The notes: generated by a model not told the origin, from the sequence alone. Counted from the stretch's first letter, positions 13,385-26,923 are shown. The stretch is DNA of 64,000 nt from Felis catus (GCF_018350175.1 NC_058368.1:222210001-222274000); one strand, 5' to 3'. Made by a program: numbers and translations.

Positions 13385-13640
13385 CAGTAGTCCCTCCTTA
13401 TCTCCTGGATATCTATTCTAAGATCCCCAGGAGATACCTGAGACCACTGTCAGCACCGAAACCCATATAAACTGTTTGTACATACATACTTATAATACAT
13501 TTAAATTTGTAAGTTAGATACAGGAAGAGTTTTCAATAATAATTAATAATAAAATAGAATAATTATAACAGTATACCACGATAAAAGTTATGTGAATGTG
13601 GTCTCTCTTTCAAAATATCTTGTTGTACTATACTTGTTCT

Positions 13641-13671
<31 letters not shown>

Positions 13672-14080
13672 ATTTTTAAGAGAGAGAGAGAGAGAGGAGC
13701 AAGCAGGGTAGGGAAAGAGAGAGAGGGAGACACAGAATCCGAAATAGGCTCCAGGCTCTGAGCTGTCAGCACAGAGAACAACATGGGGGCTTGAACCCAT
13801 GCACGGTGAGATCATGATCTGAGCCAAAAGTCGGATGCTTACCCACTGAGCCACCCAGGTGCCCTTGAACTTGCTCTTCTTTAATGAAGATGTGAGATGA
13901 TAAAATGCCTACATGATGAGATGAAGTGTGGTGAGTGACAAAGACATTGTGATGTAGGGTTAGGCTTCTACTGACCAGCTGACCATACATCAAGAGGACG
14001 ATCATCTCTTTCCTGACCATGATTGACTGTGAATGACTGAGACCTTGGAATGTGAAAACACAGATAAGGGGGAACTACTG
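13385..14080 (-). mobile_element. TcMar-Tigger non-autonomous DNA transposon (MER44/Tigger7-type), interrupted by a SINE
   Basis: Terminal inverted repeats cagtagtccctccttatc ... gataagggggaactactg, flanked by TA at 13383-13384 and 14081-14082. Confidence 0.88.
13641..13864 (-). mobile_element. Can-SINE nested in MER44
   Basis: Reverse SINE with a (GTTTT)n tail; degenerate TSD acttg(t/c)tctt. Confidence 0.93.
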
Positions 14081-14089
14081 TATGTGCAT

Positions 14090-14765
14090 CCAGTCTACAG
14101 GATCTGAATCCACATACTCTGCTGTGCCTGCTATTACTTGGGAAAGATAGCACTCCCGCGTTTAGCCCAGCCATTCAACTTGTGTCTGGGGTTCATTCCT
14201 TCTTACATTTACAGTCATTAGCTTCTTCCCCTATCATCATATATACATAGTAATATCACCTACCTTCAGTGATAAAATAAAAAAATAACAACAGTCTCTT
14301 GAATGCACATAATATTCTGTCTTATTTTTCTGCTAATTTCCACAACAAAACTTCACAGTAAGAATTGTATAAATGCACTGTCTCCATACTTCATCACATC
14401 CCCTATTCTCTGCCTCAACAAATTTGGTTCCACAAAGTTTTGAAATAATTTTTATCCAAGTCACAAATAATTAGCATTTTTCTACAATCTGTAATTATTA
14501 CACTGTCCTTTATCCTTGACTTGATGGTTGCATTTAATACACTTGATGAGCCCATTTTGCTTGATTTTTTTCCTCAAGTTTTTGTTGTTACTCACTCACC
14601 TTTGTTTTCTGTTTTTGTTCTGTTTTGTTTTTGTTTTTTTTGGGTATTGTTTCTGTGATTTCTGCTTTCTTTCCTCTTGTATCCCACTACAATGCTCAAT
14701 TTATTTTTTTTTTAGTGTCTTTTTATTTTTGGAGAGAGAGAGAGAAAGAGCACATGCATGAGAAA

Positions 14766-14812
<47 letters not shown>

Positions 14813-15230
14813 TAAACAGGTTTCACACTCAGCACAGAGCCCAATGTGGGACTTGATCCCACAACACTGGGATCATGATCTAAGCCAAAGTCAAGAGTCA
14901 GATGCTCAACTGACTGAGCCACCCAGATGCTCCTACAGTGTCCCTTGATGCATTTGTTTCCTCTGCTATGTCCTTAAGGGACATGTCCATAGGTCTATGT
15001 CATAAGCTCTCATCTCTTCTTCTTCATCTGTATGCTCTCCCTAGAAAAATATCTAAATGCTGAAGTCACTAAAGTATTTTATGAAGACTTTCATTTCTAT
15101 CTCCAACTCCATCTCCTCCCCTAAGTTTTAGACTTTTTTTTTAAAAATCTATCTCTTCTTTTCCATTTGAATATGCCATAAGCATATTCACCTTAAACCA
15201 GCCTTTACCAGTTTTCTCTTCACAAGCCCT
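14090..15230 (+). mobile_element. old LINE-2 fragment
   Basis: L2-like phrases (gtcacaaataa...; tatctccaactccatctcctcccctaagttttagac). Boundaries approximate. Confidence 0.5.
14699..14932 (-). mobile_element. Can-SINE with a long (GA)n tract
   Basis: Reverse SINE; TSD ctaca(a/g)tg. Confidence 0.9.
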
Positions 15231-15373
15231 CCCCAGTGTATTAAAGACTCTATGTGTATGTATTTGAAAAAAAAATGTTTAAGTGATAAAATATGAGGAT
15301 CGTGAATGTAAGTTGAAAGACAAGGAAGAAATAAAATTTTAATTGGGAGAAATAAGCAGCAGTAATTTTATTG

Positions 15374-15424
15374 TGCAGAAGGGAGGGGAGAGAGGGAGAG
15401 AGAGAGAGAGAGAGAGAGAGAATC
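15374..15424 (-). repeat. (GA)n tract, probably a SINE remnant
   Basis: gggaggggagagaggga(ga)n aatc matches the SINE CT-tract context. Confidence 0.6.
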
Positions 15425-15557
15425 TAATTTTATTTTGAAAAAAATTAAAAGTGATAAGAATTTTTGACCACAGAGCAAGACTTTGTGGGAAGTACTGCAG
15501 AAACTAATTTTGCTGTAATAGAGAGTATATGGAAACAAAAATAAATAGGCTAGCACC

Positions 15558-15588
<31 letters not shown>

Positions 15589-15764
15589 TATAATATGTGT
15601 ACACATATACTATCCACATATATGAATTTTCAGAAAAGGCAGACTGAACTTAAGCTCATTCTCTCCTCCTATTATTATGTCTTAAGAAACATAATCACAG
15701 AGTAATAAAACTGGAAGGAGCACAAAATATTAAAGAGGAAAACCTCATTTTTTGGATGAGGAAA

Positions 15765-16232
15765 TGGTGAGGTGGGGCCAATCTTATAAAAGTGGATGGG
15801 GAAGCCTGTCGCAAGGCATAACATCCCCTCGCTCTGCTTTGTTAGCATCTTTAGCGTTTGGGATCCTTTCTTTTCACTCTGTGATGCTTTCTCCATGGTG
15901 AATTTCTGCTGTAGCATGTATGGCTATGTTAGAAAACCATGGATCCTCGCCAGGGCATTTGCAGTAGTCACACCATTGAAAATTACATCTTCTGGCATCA
16001 TAATAGCCAAAGACCTCCATGCTCCAGTGCCCTCAGTAACTGGATTAGGAGCTGGAAAGAGGCTCCGTTAGGCTGAGTCACCCACCAAACCCACCTTGGC
16101 AATGCTAGCATAGGGCAGAGGCTGCCAAAGCCATATCCTACCCTGGGTGTGGACACACACAGGGAGTGGAGGAGAGAGATCACTGGATGAGGGCAGTGAG
16201 GCTGGAGCCCATGGGATATAGAATCCCAGGCC
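15765..16232 (-). pseudogene. candidate processed-pseudogene/retrocopy fragment, parent not identified
   Basis: GC-richer ~470-bp segment between atgaggaaa (15756-15764) and atgaagaaa (16233-16241) in a MIR-like context. TG/CA-rich 5' part is consistent with CpG decay. Minus-strand ATG at 16020 has a strong Kozak context (AGCATGG). Confidence 0.4.
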
Positions 16233-16783
16233 ATGAAGAAACAAGTGGTGGGCCCCTGAAAGTTGAGTCTTCAAGTTCCCAACACATGCACCATTATTAT
16301 AACAGAACTCACTTACAAAATACAAATTCAAAGGGAACATTCCTAAGAATTTCAAGACTGCAGCTGTAGAGCACTGAACTTTGGGTTCAGGCTGTTATGA
16401 GGTGGGACCCCACACTCTTGCTCTGTGACTCCCAGGTCATTCTCGCCTTGCCTGCCATAGCAAGAAATCCCAAGAATGGGAATAAATTCATTACACACAT
16501 TTCTTGATGAAGTTGAGGATAGAGAACTGACTGATTCTAATAGCATAATGAACATTTCTTGCACTTTTCATTGTAAAGCAAAATTCATACAAAATGCAAG
16601 GAAACACACTCAGTGGTTGTTTTCCAATAAACTTTATTATTAAAGATGTTTACATTGTAGTTTAATGACAGCATTCTAGAACTCATGAATATCAAAACAT
16701 CAGATTTCTGTTCAAATTATGTCTCACATGCTAGACTTGCTTAGTTTAGATAAGGTTTTTGAGACTTAATTACTTCATTTTTA

Positions 16784-17014
16784 TTTATTTTTAATTTTTT
16801 TAAATTTTTTTAACGTTTATTTATTTTTGAGACAGAGAGAGACAGAGCATGAACGGGGAGGGTCAGAGAGAGAAAGGGAGACACAGAATCTGAAACAGGC
16901 TCCAGGCTCTGAGCTGTCAGCACAGAGTCCAACGCGGGGCTCGAACTGACGGACCACGAGATCATGACCTGAGCCGAAGTCAGACGATTAACCGACTGAG
17001 CCACCCAGGTGCCC
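16784..17014 (-). mobile_element. Can-SINE (SINEC_Fc-like)
   Basis: Perfect TSD aattacttcattttta at 16768-16783 and 17015-17030. Confidence 0.96.
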
Positions 17015-17394
17015 AATTACTTCATTTTTAAACCACAGATAATAGTTGGGCTTAACTGTACTAGGTTGACAAGATTAAATAAGACAAGGTATAAACAGGA
17101 GTTGACCATATAAGAGCTAGATAAATTTAATAACTTATTACAATTGTACTTTTAGTTTATATTTACTGTAGGTAGCACTGTAGTAAATATTTTTGTATCA
17201 TACATTTTTTTAAGAATATCTTGTTTGAACAGACTCCAAGAAAATGATTTTCAATTTTCATACATAATATACTCCCACTTTCCATTGCAATATTATATTG
17301 CATTGCATATAATCGATTATACTCCCACTTGCAAAATGGGCCATTTTACAGATGTCTCTCATTGAATACTTTAACACTTCAATACTTTGAGAAA

Positions 17395-17421
17395 TGTGTG
17401 TGTGTGTGTGTGTGTGTGTAT

Positions 17422-17457
<36 letters not shown>
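17395..17457. repeat. compound (TG)n/(CT)n microsatellite
   Basis: Seen directly. Confidence 0.92.
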
Positions 17458-17460
<3 letters not shown>

Positions 17461-17751
17461 TTGGATGAGTGAGATATTAAGAGACTTAGCTTCAAAATCA
17501 ATAAAAGATGGTTCTAGAAGAGATATATCTGTTTTTATCAAGTGACTTTGGGATAACAGATTTCCAAAGAATTGGAATATCATACCAATGTTATTTTGAA
17601 CGTAACATTCTCAAAATCCATTTATGAAGCAAGTAAAACAATCCAAGTGTTCTTACTGCAATATAACTGTAAAATCAATATGAAATTTTGACAAACTACT
17701 TAGCCATTTTCCATATTTGCATCTAGTAGCTTGTAGAGTGCCATGCTCTTT

Positions 17752-17972
17752 TTTTCAAAAAAAAAATTTAACCTTTATTTATTTTTGAGACAGAGAGAGA
17801 CAGAGCATGAACGGGGGAGGGGCAGAGAGAGAGGGAGACACAGAATCGGAAGCAGGCTCCAGGCTCTGAGCCATCAGCCCAGAACCCGACGTGGGGCTCG
17901 AACTCACAGACCGCAAGATCGTGACCTGAGCTGAAGTTCGACGCTTAACCGACTGAGCCACCCAGGGGCCCC
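17752..17972 (-). mobile_element. Can-SINE (SINEC_Fc-like)
   Basis: TSD agtgccatgctcttt at 17737-17751 and 17974-17988. Confidence 0.96.
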
Positions 17973-18826
17973 TAGTGCCATGCTCTTTGATGGTGTTTTC
18001 AAACACCATTGAATGGTGGCCCCAATATGGTGGCCCCATATTTCAGGGCCAAGAGATAGAGCTTCAGTCTAATGATTTCATGATAGCAATTCCTGTTTGC
18101 TAGTCTTCCAATACCTAGCCAAGATGACTTTATGATCACCTTATGGAATTTCAAAATCCTCCCAATAAATATGGAATTTATGAGTAAATAATGCCCGCTA
18201 ATGGCATATGGTTCATTTGAATGTCAGTGGCAGTTTCTCAACTGGATACTCCTTTGATTTCCTGTTTAGGGCAAGAGCAAATATTGGAAATCACACCCAC
18301 ACTAGGGCAATTTGTTACCCTGAAGAGATGGGGTAATAAACACATAATATAATAAGGAATAAAAGTAAGCCAAATATTCCACTGTAGTAAAAATTGGTAT
18401 CATGTGAGCATACTCACATGATTGGTATCATGTGAGATCAAATTTCTCCAGTTTGTGGTCCACCAACATGGGGTAGAAAATATTACTACGTATTGAGGAC
18501 AGCATGTCTGTAAAAATAGTTTTTTTCCCAATAATTTGCCATTGAGATATTATCTTGGTTCAACATAAATGTATAATTGTTTTTTGATAAGAGGTAACTT
18601 TAAGGGTTGTACTTTGACCTTTACCTACATGTCATCTAACAAATATATCAGATTTCTTGATTGGGAAAGATGATATGACTCTGCTTCATTAATCATTAAA
18701 ACATCACTTTTTCTGTGAGCAAGAAAAATGTATCAAAACATGACCCGTGTCATAAACACTACACAGTAGAATGAATGGAGGATGCAGTTGACTCTTGAGA
18801 GTGGATTTATATTGTTTGCTGTTATA

Positions 18827-19003
18827 CTCAGGTCATGATCTCATGGTTTGTGAGTTCTAGCCCCACATTGGGCCCTGTGCTGATAGCTCAGGGCCTGGAG
18901 CCTGCTTCAGATTCAGGGTCTCCTTCTCTCTCTGCCCCTCGCCAACTTGTACTCTGTCTCTCTCTGTCTCTCAAAAATAAATAAATGTAAAACAATTAAA
19001 AAA
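18827..19003 (+). mobile_element. 5'-truncated Can-SINE
   Basis: Starts at ctcaggtcatgatc (no A box); short possible TSD atact. Confidence 0.9.
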
Positions 19004-20789
19004 ATACTAACATTCTTAATGATATACAATTATTAGTTAATCAGTGAGAAGCCACAGGTAGCAGTGATTATTATATTTAAAATTGAGTTCTGCTAATTTC
19101 CTCTCTGTTGAGGATTATAGTAATAGCATTTAGAGATATACACAATGGACATTTTTATATAGAAAATATTTTCTTAGTTCAAGAAGTGTTAAAAATTTGA
19201 CAAGGTGTTATTTGGGCTCTTTTGAAATATTTTCTGAAGTCCCTTAATAACAGAATGGATTATTTCTATTTCAGAATGTTGAGGTATCCTTCTCCCCAGA
19301 GTAGGTATGTTGAACTATACAGATCTCTAACAGTGCAGTTGCAATCTGATTTCTTCCAAGAGACAGCTAATCATACTTGAACGATGTCCTTTACATCTCT
19401 GAGTACATGTCTATATGTTAAATAATAAAATGAGCTAACCGTCATTACATATTTAAGAATTTGTCAAAACATAATTTGAACAAAATAGTCAGTAAAAATG
19501 CCAGGATTATTATTGCTCTACACAGATATTCAACATAAACACAATCTTTGAAGTAAACATTGAAGACCTTTCACAATGATTAGACTTTCATGTATTTTAC
19601 AGTTGTACTTTGGTGATGTATAATTTGATCATATATACAACTTTCTATATTTACTCTTGTCACAACCCAGCATTCTCAGAAATTCCCCATATAATGTGCA
19701 CACTCCAGACTGGAATGACCCAACTGGTTGCAATATTGTCTGCAGGACTTTTTAAGCAGAAAACTGGGACATTTGACCTTGCGTTTGAATCCAGAAAAAT
19801 AAACAAACTTTCATTCTTGAATTTTCATGTGGTAGAGACACAGTTGCTTGAGTAGAATCCCCGACCCTCAAAAAGGGAAGCATTTTCAGGAGTTTAATGA
19901 ATTGAAAAAGACTCAAATACTCAAGTCACACAGAAAATTTTGAATATTTCTACCTGTAAAATTTCATCCTTAGCATCAGAGGCAGAACCTTTAGACATTT
20001 GCCTACATCACAGAAAGCTAAATAAAACCATGTTATTATGTTTGTTTACTAGAACTGTTTTGTACCCAAATAGACAGCTATATACTACATTTTTCTTAGA
20101 ATAAAATGCTTGTCATAAAGAGGGACAAAAATCTACAGTGAGAATAAGCAAAGGGTTTTTGTTACTGTTGTATGTGTTTTTTTTCCTCCCTAAATAATTT
20201 TTTGGCATGCCAATTCTCCCTCCCTCCATGTTTCTTTCTCTTATACATATAAGTTTACTTGCAAAATGGAAAGACAGAGAATTTTTAGTAGAGAAAAACT
20301 CAAGTTGATAGCTTATCTGTTAAACAACATATTAATGTAGTAGAGGTGCAATCCACAGGATTTCAGACTTGAACATACAGTTACAGAGCATCGTGGTGTA
20401 ACTTGTGCTTTGAAATCAGTGGTTTTAGGTAAAAATGATGACTTTGGCACTTAGCGTTATTTGACTTTGAACAAATAAATTAAGCCCTCCAGAAACCCAC
20501 ATTGGAAGTGGGAGTAGCACATGTGTCCAGACAATGGTGAGAAAAAAGTAAGAGTGGTCTGGAAGGTGGTGTGGCATTAGCCATTGTGGATGGAAATGGT
20601 CAATGTCAAGTTTGACAAAATAGGAATCAAGCACTGTGGCAGAAAGTGGTTCCACAAGAAAGTTATTTGCATCTTGTCCTGTAGATCCTAGTGGTGCTTT
20701 AAAATTCATTAAGCAAGACATGGAGAAAGTAATGGAACATTAATTTTGTAGAGATATACAAAGTAATTTGAAACTGAATATATTAAAAA

Positions 20790-21430
20790 AAACAATAAAA
20801 GACATCTGGAAAAGACAGTTGGATTGAACATATGTGTTTACCTCCATTACCCCTCAAGACTCACTATAATAACAATAAAGTTATAAAATAAAAAAGCATA
20901 AACCAACAAAGAATTAGGAAAGCAAACAAGATAACAGCAATGGTATGAGTAAGTCTGTAAAGAGAATAGATATGCTCTAATTGATTTAGAAACTTCATGA
21001 AAGTTTAAACATTTTTGGAATAATCTTGGAGGAATTATGATTTGTATAAGTGAACTCCAGAAAGATTCATACATTTGGGAAGCAGTCATCAAAGGGCATG
21101 GAGGTGAAAGTGAGGCAGAAAACAAGTATTATTTTGAAGTCTGCTTAAGAGGCTGACAAAATTTGTATCAACATGGACAAAAGTACAATGGCCTCTCTAA
21201 AGTGAGGGAGGGAAAAAAGGCTTGTTTCTTTGAGTAAGCAAAACATAAGAAACATAAAAATGGGGAAATCATGCCCAGATGAGGACGAGGTAAGTTACAC
21301 AAATATTCATGCCCAACTGATGGAGAAAACTTCTCCAGATCCCAGTTCAATTTCTCACTGGGTTAAAAAACCTTTAGGAAGAATACAGCCTCATCAGAAG
21401 ATTAAAATATTCCTCTGTAGGAGGAAATGA
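20790..21430 (+). mobile_element. old L1M/HAL1 5' region fragment
   Basis: gattgaacatatgtgtttacctccatt...cactataataacaataaag...aaaccaacaaag resembles recalled ancient L1/HAL1 5' ends. Confidence 0.4.
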
Positions 21431-22467
21431 AACTTGGTATTGTGATTCAGAAATTTATCAGCAAACATACATCCAAGAATATTGTTCAAAAACTAATGTT
21501 AAGCAGCTTTGTTATATAATAACAGGAATTATATGTATAAATTTCACTATTGAGAAAGAAAATGTCTATCTTATGTTTCAAACTATAAGAAACTATAGCC
21601 AGAAGTACTACTTTGCTTTTAGAATTAGTGTCTTCAGTTGTTATTCATGCAATCTCGTCGTCATCTAGATTTTCTGTTAAAGAATTCATTTCTTAATGCC
21701 TTAGCATTATGAATCATCAACAGCACTATAATGGTCTTGGATTTCAATGGGTCAGAAAAATTCTTGCTAACTAAATGAATTATTATGTTAAATGGTGTGG
21801 ATTAATTTTATATACTTGACAAGAGACGCTCAGATCATTTAAAATTCATTTTTAAAAAATTTCCTTTCTCTCAGGCTTGAAGGTTATTTACAAAGAGGCA
21901 AATTACATAAAATTGATTGAATTTACCTACTTCATGGTATTACTTTACAGAAAATTAAAGGCATCTTTCTACAAAATCATTACCAACAATACAAGTCTCT
22001 GATCAATTCTGTCCAACTAAAAGAAACTAAAGATCTTTGATGTTCACATTTAGTGAGTAAAATTTAACTTAATTCAATATAAACATTTCTTTCACATTGT
22101 GATATTATTATAATTTTTATTACTTTAATTTTTTTACCTGTTTACTCTATTGTCTTGCATGAATTTTCCTGCATGTAGATTTCAATATCTGTATCTAAAG
22201 TTATTAATATAATTGTAAAATTTTGCACATCTCATTGTTTAAACACTTAGTGATCAATTAAGAGTTAGAATTTAATGGCAATATTGATATAAATACTTAG
22301 GACGTTAGATTATATATCCCCCTTTATAATTAAAAGAATATTTGGGGGAACATTAGGAAATCCTTATAAGGGAAAAGTTACTTGAAATCTTAACATTTCA
22401 CTATAAAAATAATCTTAACATTTAGATAAATCCATATAAAGAGATATGCACATGTATATCTGTATCT

Positions 22468-22671
22468 TTTTTCTTTTTTGAGTGAGAGAGAGAGAGAGAG
22501 AGCAAGCAAGTGAGTAGGGGAGAAACAGGGGGAGAGGGAGAGAAAGAATCTTAAGAATGCTGCACACCCAGTGTGGTGCCTGATGCCAGGCTCAACCTCA
22601 AGACCATGAGAACATAATCTCAGCTAAAATCAAGAGTCAGGTGCTTAATCAACTGAGTCATCCAGGTGCCC
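22468..22671 (-). mobile_element. Can-SINE, diverged
   Basis: TSD tgta(t/c)atctgt(a/g)tct. Confidence 0.9.
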
Positions 22672-23559
22672 TGTACATCTGTGTCTATATCTATACCCCT
22701 TATAAGTAGTTGACATTATGGATAGTTCTAGTATTTAGTTTTTTTTTTTAAACCTCTTTCAAGTAAAGCTTGAGATAAACTCATAGAACATCTTTCTTGC
22801 CATGTAGGTACTAAATGGAGACAGCAAAGGCTAGTAAGGAAGAAGAAGCATGTTAATGTGTTAGTATATTGAGTACACTGAAAGGACAAATTGACTCACC
22901 CATATGTCAATCTTTGGGAATTAAGCAGAAAAATAAGATTTTGTGTTACTCAAGTTTCAAACCAATAAATGAACAAACAAGCAATTACCATAGTACCTCT
23001 AGGTTACAAGATTTCCACAAAACTTCCACAATACCAATAAGTCCAAAACATCAAACTAGGGCTAAAGAGCCCCTATGATGCACTCAAGAACCACACTTAG
23101 CCCAGAGTAAGTGTCTATACAGAGTAATCCTGTGACCTGAGCAAGGAGTGCATAACAGATGCTGCCTCACACCATGGGGGCAGTGGTGATGAGCAGAGAA
23201 TGAATAAGTAATGAGCTCTCAACATTGGTATCATGAAGCCACACAGAGCACAAGTCACAAGAATAATTGGGAAAGGAAATAACTTTAGACAAAAAGATAA
23301 TAATAATAATGGCTCTGTCCAGCACAAGAGTTGGAAGCCTGTGGTCTCTTTCAAAAGTTCTTATGTGAGTTAAACACAGGCAAGCAAGTCTCAGAGACAA
23401 GATGCTTTATTATTATCAAACATTTAGGAGTGCCATAAACCAAGAGTGATGATATTTGAAAAAAATAAATTATGTTAATGATATTTTCCCTCCATGCATT
23501 AAAGTGTGATATGCCATTTTAAATTTGGAGAAAATTTGGAATTTTTCATAATCACAGTG

Positions 23560-23920
23560 AAAAATGGAGTGATGGGTGAATGCCATGGGTTAGGTAGGAG
23601 AGAGGCAAGGTCTGAATAGTTGGAGGACAGGGAATTTTTATGACAGTTAAATTATTCTACATGACATGGTAATGATGGGTACATAGCTTTGTGTATTTGG
23701 CAAAACTCATAGAATCACAAAGAAAGTGAATCCTATAAAATATGGACTTTAGTATATAACAACATGTCACTGTAAGTTTATCAATTACAACAAATGTACC
23801 ACATCAAAGCAAAATGTTAATAATGGGGAAAACTGAAGGATATAGGAATTGGGAATATATATGTACTCTGAACACTCAATTTTTCCATAAATTTAAAACT
23901 GCTCTAAAAATAAAGCTTAA
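23560..23920 (+). mobile_element. L1MC-type 3' end
   Basis: ggcaaaactcatagaat...aacaaatgtaccac...atgttaataatggggaaaactg...taaaactgctctaaaaataaag. Confidence 0.8.
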
Positions 23921-24810
23921 GAGAAAAAAAGTAAAGGGAAAGAGAAAGATATATCAAGCTAACACAAATCAAAAGGATACTGGAGTAGTTGTATTCATTT
24001 TGACAAAGCCAACTTCAGAATAAACAAAATTACCAAGAAAAAATTGGGGGCATTACATATTAACAAAGTGCCAATTTTCCAAAAAGACATTATAACCCTA
24101 AAGTGTGAAATGTGACTTCAATCTGTCAACATATGCAAAGTAAAGCTGATAGATTGAGCAGACACAAAAAAGGAGATAGTTGGACCTGAACATTATCAAT
24201 CATTCTAATATAATGGATATTTATAGAATGTTCCTCCAACAGCAACAAAATGCACAACCCAAATGTATCATTCACTAGTAAGACCATGTCATGGGCCACA
24301 AAACACATTTATCAAATTTAAGCATAGAAATAATCCAAAATATGTTATTGGATTACAGTGGAATTAAAGTAGAAGGAACTAACAAAAGATAGTTGGAAAA
24401 TTTTCCAAATATATGGAAACTAAATAACACTATTCTATATAATTCGTGGGTCAAGGAAAGTCTCAAGAGGGACTTAAAAAATAAATTACATCAAATTTAA
24501 TAATAAAACATGTCAAAATTTATATAGAGAAACAGTATTGTGGGGAAATTTTATAACATTAAATGCATATATTAGGAAAGAAGGAAGATCTGTAATCAAT
24601 AACCTAAGCTCCACCTCAAGAAACTAAAGACTGAAGTGAAATTTAAGATTAGTTTACATAGAAATAAAAAAAGAAAGAATGAATATTTGAGCATAAGTTA
24701 TTGAAATTGAAAACAGAAGAATGATAAAGAAAATCAATGAAACTAAAGAGTTGTGTTCTGAAAAGACCAGCAAAATTTATAAATTTCTAGCCAGGCTAAC
24801 AAAGAAAGAA

Positions 24811-24859
24811 GGAAGGGAAGGGAAGGGAAGGGAAGGGAAGGGAAGGGAAGGGAAGGGAA
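24811..24859. repeat. (GGAAG)n pentanucleotide repeat
   Basis: Seen directly. Confidence 0.95.
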
Positions 24860-25989
24860 CGTACTTATCATAAAGGAACAACTTTATGATAATTTTATGA
24901 TAATTTTATGATGACTTTATGAACATATACGTATGTTATGAACATATACATATAACTTTATGAAGAGATTTATGATAACTTTGATGAAATAGAACATTTC
25001 TTGACTGACAACAGATGGTTAAAATTTCCACAAGAAGGAGAAATAAATAATCTCATTAGGCTCACATCTATTAAAGAAATTGAATCAATAATTAACAGCC
25101 TTCCGAAAAGGAAACTTTCAACCCAAATAATTCTGCTAGAGAATTTCACCAGTCAATTAAAGAAGAAATGATACTTCTTACTACCATCCCTTCCAGAAAA
25201 TAGCAATGGAGGGAACTTGTTCTGTGACATTAACATTACCACGATAGCAAAACCAAATAAAAGCAACACAAAGAGATATATTTATATTTAATATTGAGTT
25301 ACTGTATGTTTTCCCACTAAAATACAAATAAAAGGAAGATATTTTCTCTCACTCTTCCCACTCTACATTTTAATTGGATTTTTAGCCAGTGAATTAAGAC
25401 AAGAAAAATTTATGTGCAAATCTGAAAAGATAAAATAAAACTGTCTTTATCCACATGCAAGATTGTCTATGTAGAAGACTAAATACAATTCTAGTAAAAT
25501 CCTAGAAATAATAAAGGAATATAACAGGGTCACAGAAAATATGGTTTAGTATATGCATACTAAACTATGTATAATATACTATAAATGTTTATCTCACTCT
25601 CTTCTTTCTCTCATGAGAGAGATGTCTGAATAAATATATATTTCATAAATATATATAAATAAATATATTTCATAAATATAAATCTATTTCACAAATATAG
25701 ATATGTGAAAAATGAGATTTGAAATTAAAATACCACTTATATACCATAAAATTAAGTGCCTAAGTATAAATTTAATAAAATATGTACAGGATTCATATAT
25801 AGAAAAATATAAAATGCTAGTAAAATGAATAAAAAATTAAATACATCAAGAGTAATCTGTGTTTATGAATTGAAAGAAACTGTGTCACTAAGATGTCTAC
25901 TCTTTCTAACTGGATCTCCAGATTCCATGCAACACCAATCAAAATTCCAGTAAGCTATCATATTGACAAGCTAATAAAAAGTTACTGTG

Positions 25990-26203
25990 GGGGCACCTGG
26001 GTGATTAGTCAGTTAAGCATCTCACTTTCGCTCAAGTCATGATCTCATGGTTCATGAGTTCGAGCCTGGTTTCAGGCTCTGTGCTGCCAGATCTGAGCCT
26101 GGAGCCTGCTTCAGATTCTGGGTCCCTCTCTCTCTCTGCCCCTCCCCCATTTGCACTCTTTCTCTCAAAAGTAAATAAATACTAAAAAAAAAAAACTTAA
26201 ATA
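25990..26203 (+). mobile_element. Can-SINE
   Basis: TSD aaaaagttactgtgg. Confidence 0.95.
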
Positions 26204-26281
26204 AAAAAGTTACTGTGGAAAGGAGAAAGACCTAGAAAAGGCAAAACAATAATAGAAGATTCAGGGCAAAGTTGTAGTTCA

Positions 26282-26498
26282 AAATATGTGTTTGTTTATA
26301 ATATTTTAATGTTTATTTATTTTTGAGAGAGGGAGTGAGAGTGGAGAGAGGTAGAGAGAGAGGGAGACACAGAATCTCAAGTAGAATCCAGGCTCTCAGC
26401 TGTTAGCACAGAGCCAGATGTGGGGCTGGAACTCACAAACTGCGAGATCAAAACGTGCGGAGTAGGACGCTTAAGTGACAGAGCCATCCAGGTGCCCT
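26282..26498 (-). mobile_element. Can-SINE
   Basis: TSD caaagttgtagttca at 26267-26281 and 26499-26513. Confidence 0.95.
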
Positions 26499-26710
26499 CA
26501 AAGTTGTAGTTCATGACTTTAAGACTTATTGTAAAGCCACTGTGATGAAAAAAAGCATGGTTTTGGCCCAAGGACAGAAATGTAGATCAGTGGAAGCATA
26601 TAAACAGCCCAGGAATAGAAGCACACAAATTGAGTCGGCTGATATTTACAAACAAGCAAAGGTAATCCAAAGCACCAGGGATTTGTTTAGAGTGTTCAAA
26701 CTATCCTGCA

Positions 26711-26874
26711 GGGGTGCCTGGGAGGCTCAGTTGGTTAGACATCTGACTTCAGCTCAGGTCATGAGCTCCTGGTTCTGGGACAGAGCCCCAGTCAGGCTCT
26801 GTGCTGGCAGTCCAGAACCTGGAGCCTGCTTTGGATTCTGTGTCCCCCTCTCTCCCTGCCCCTCTCCCACTCAT

Positions 26875-26923
<49 letters not shown>

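Noticed and set aside
19275..19304. Possible 30-nt micro-exon (tttcag|...|gtatgt)
   Set aside because: Splice-like signals occur often by chance, and there is no neighbouring exon or recognisable peptide.
21289..21296. Consensus splice donor GAG|GTAAGT
   Set aside because: It lies in probable old L1/HAL1 sequence with no supporting acceptor or frame.
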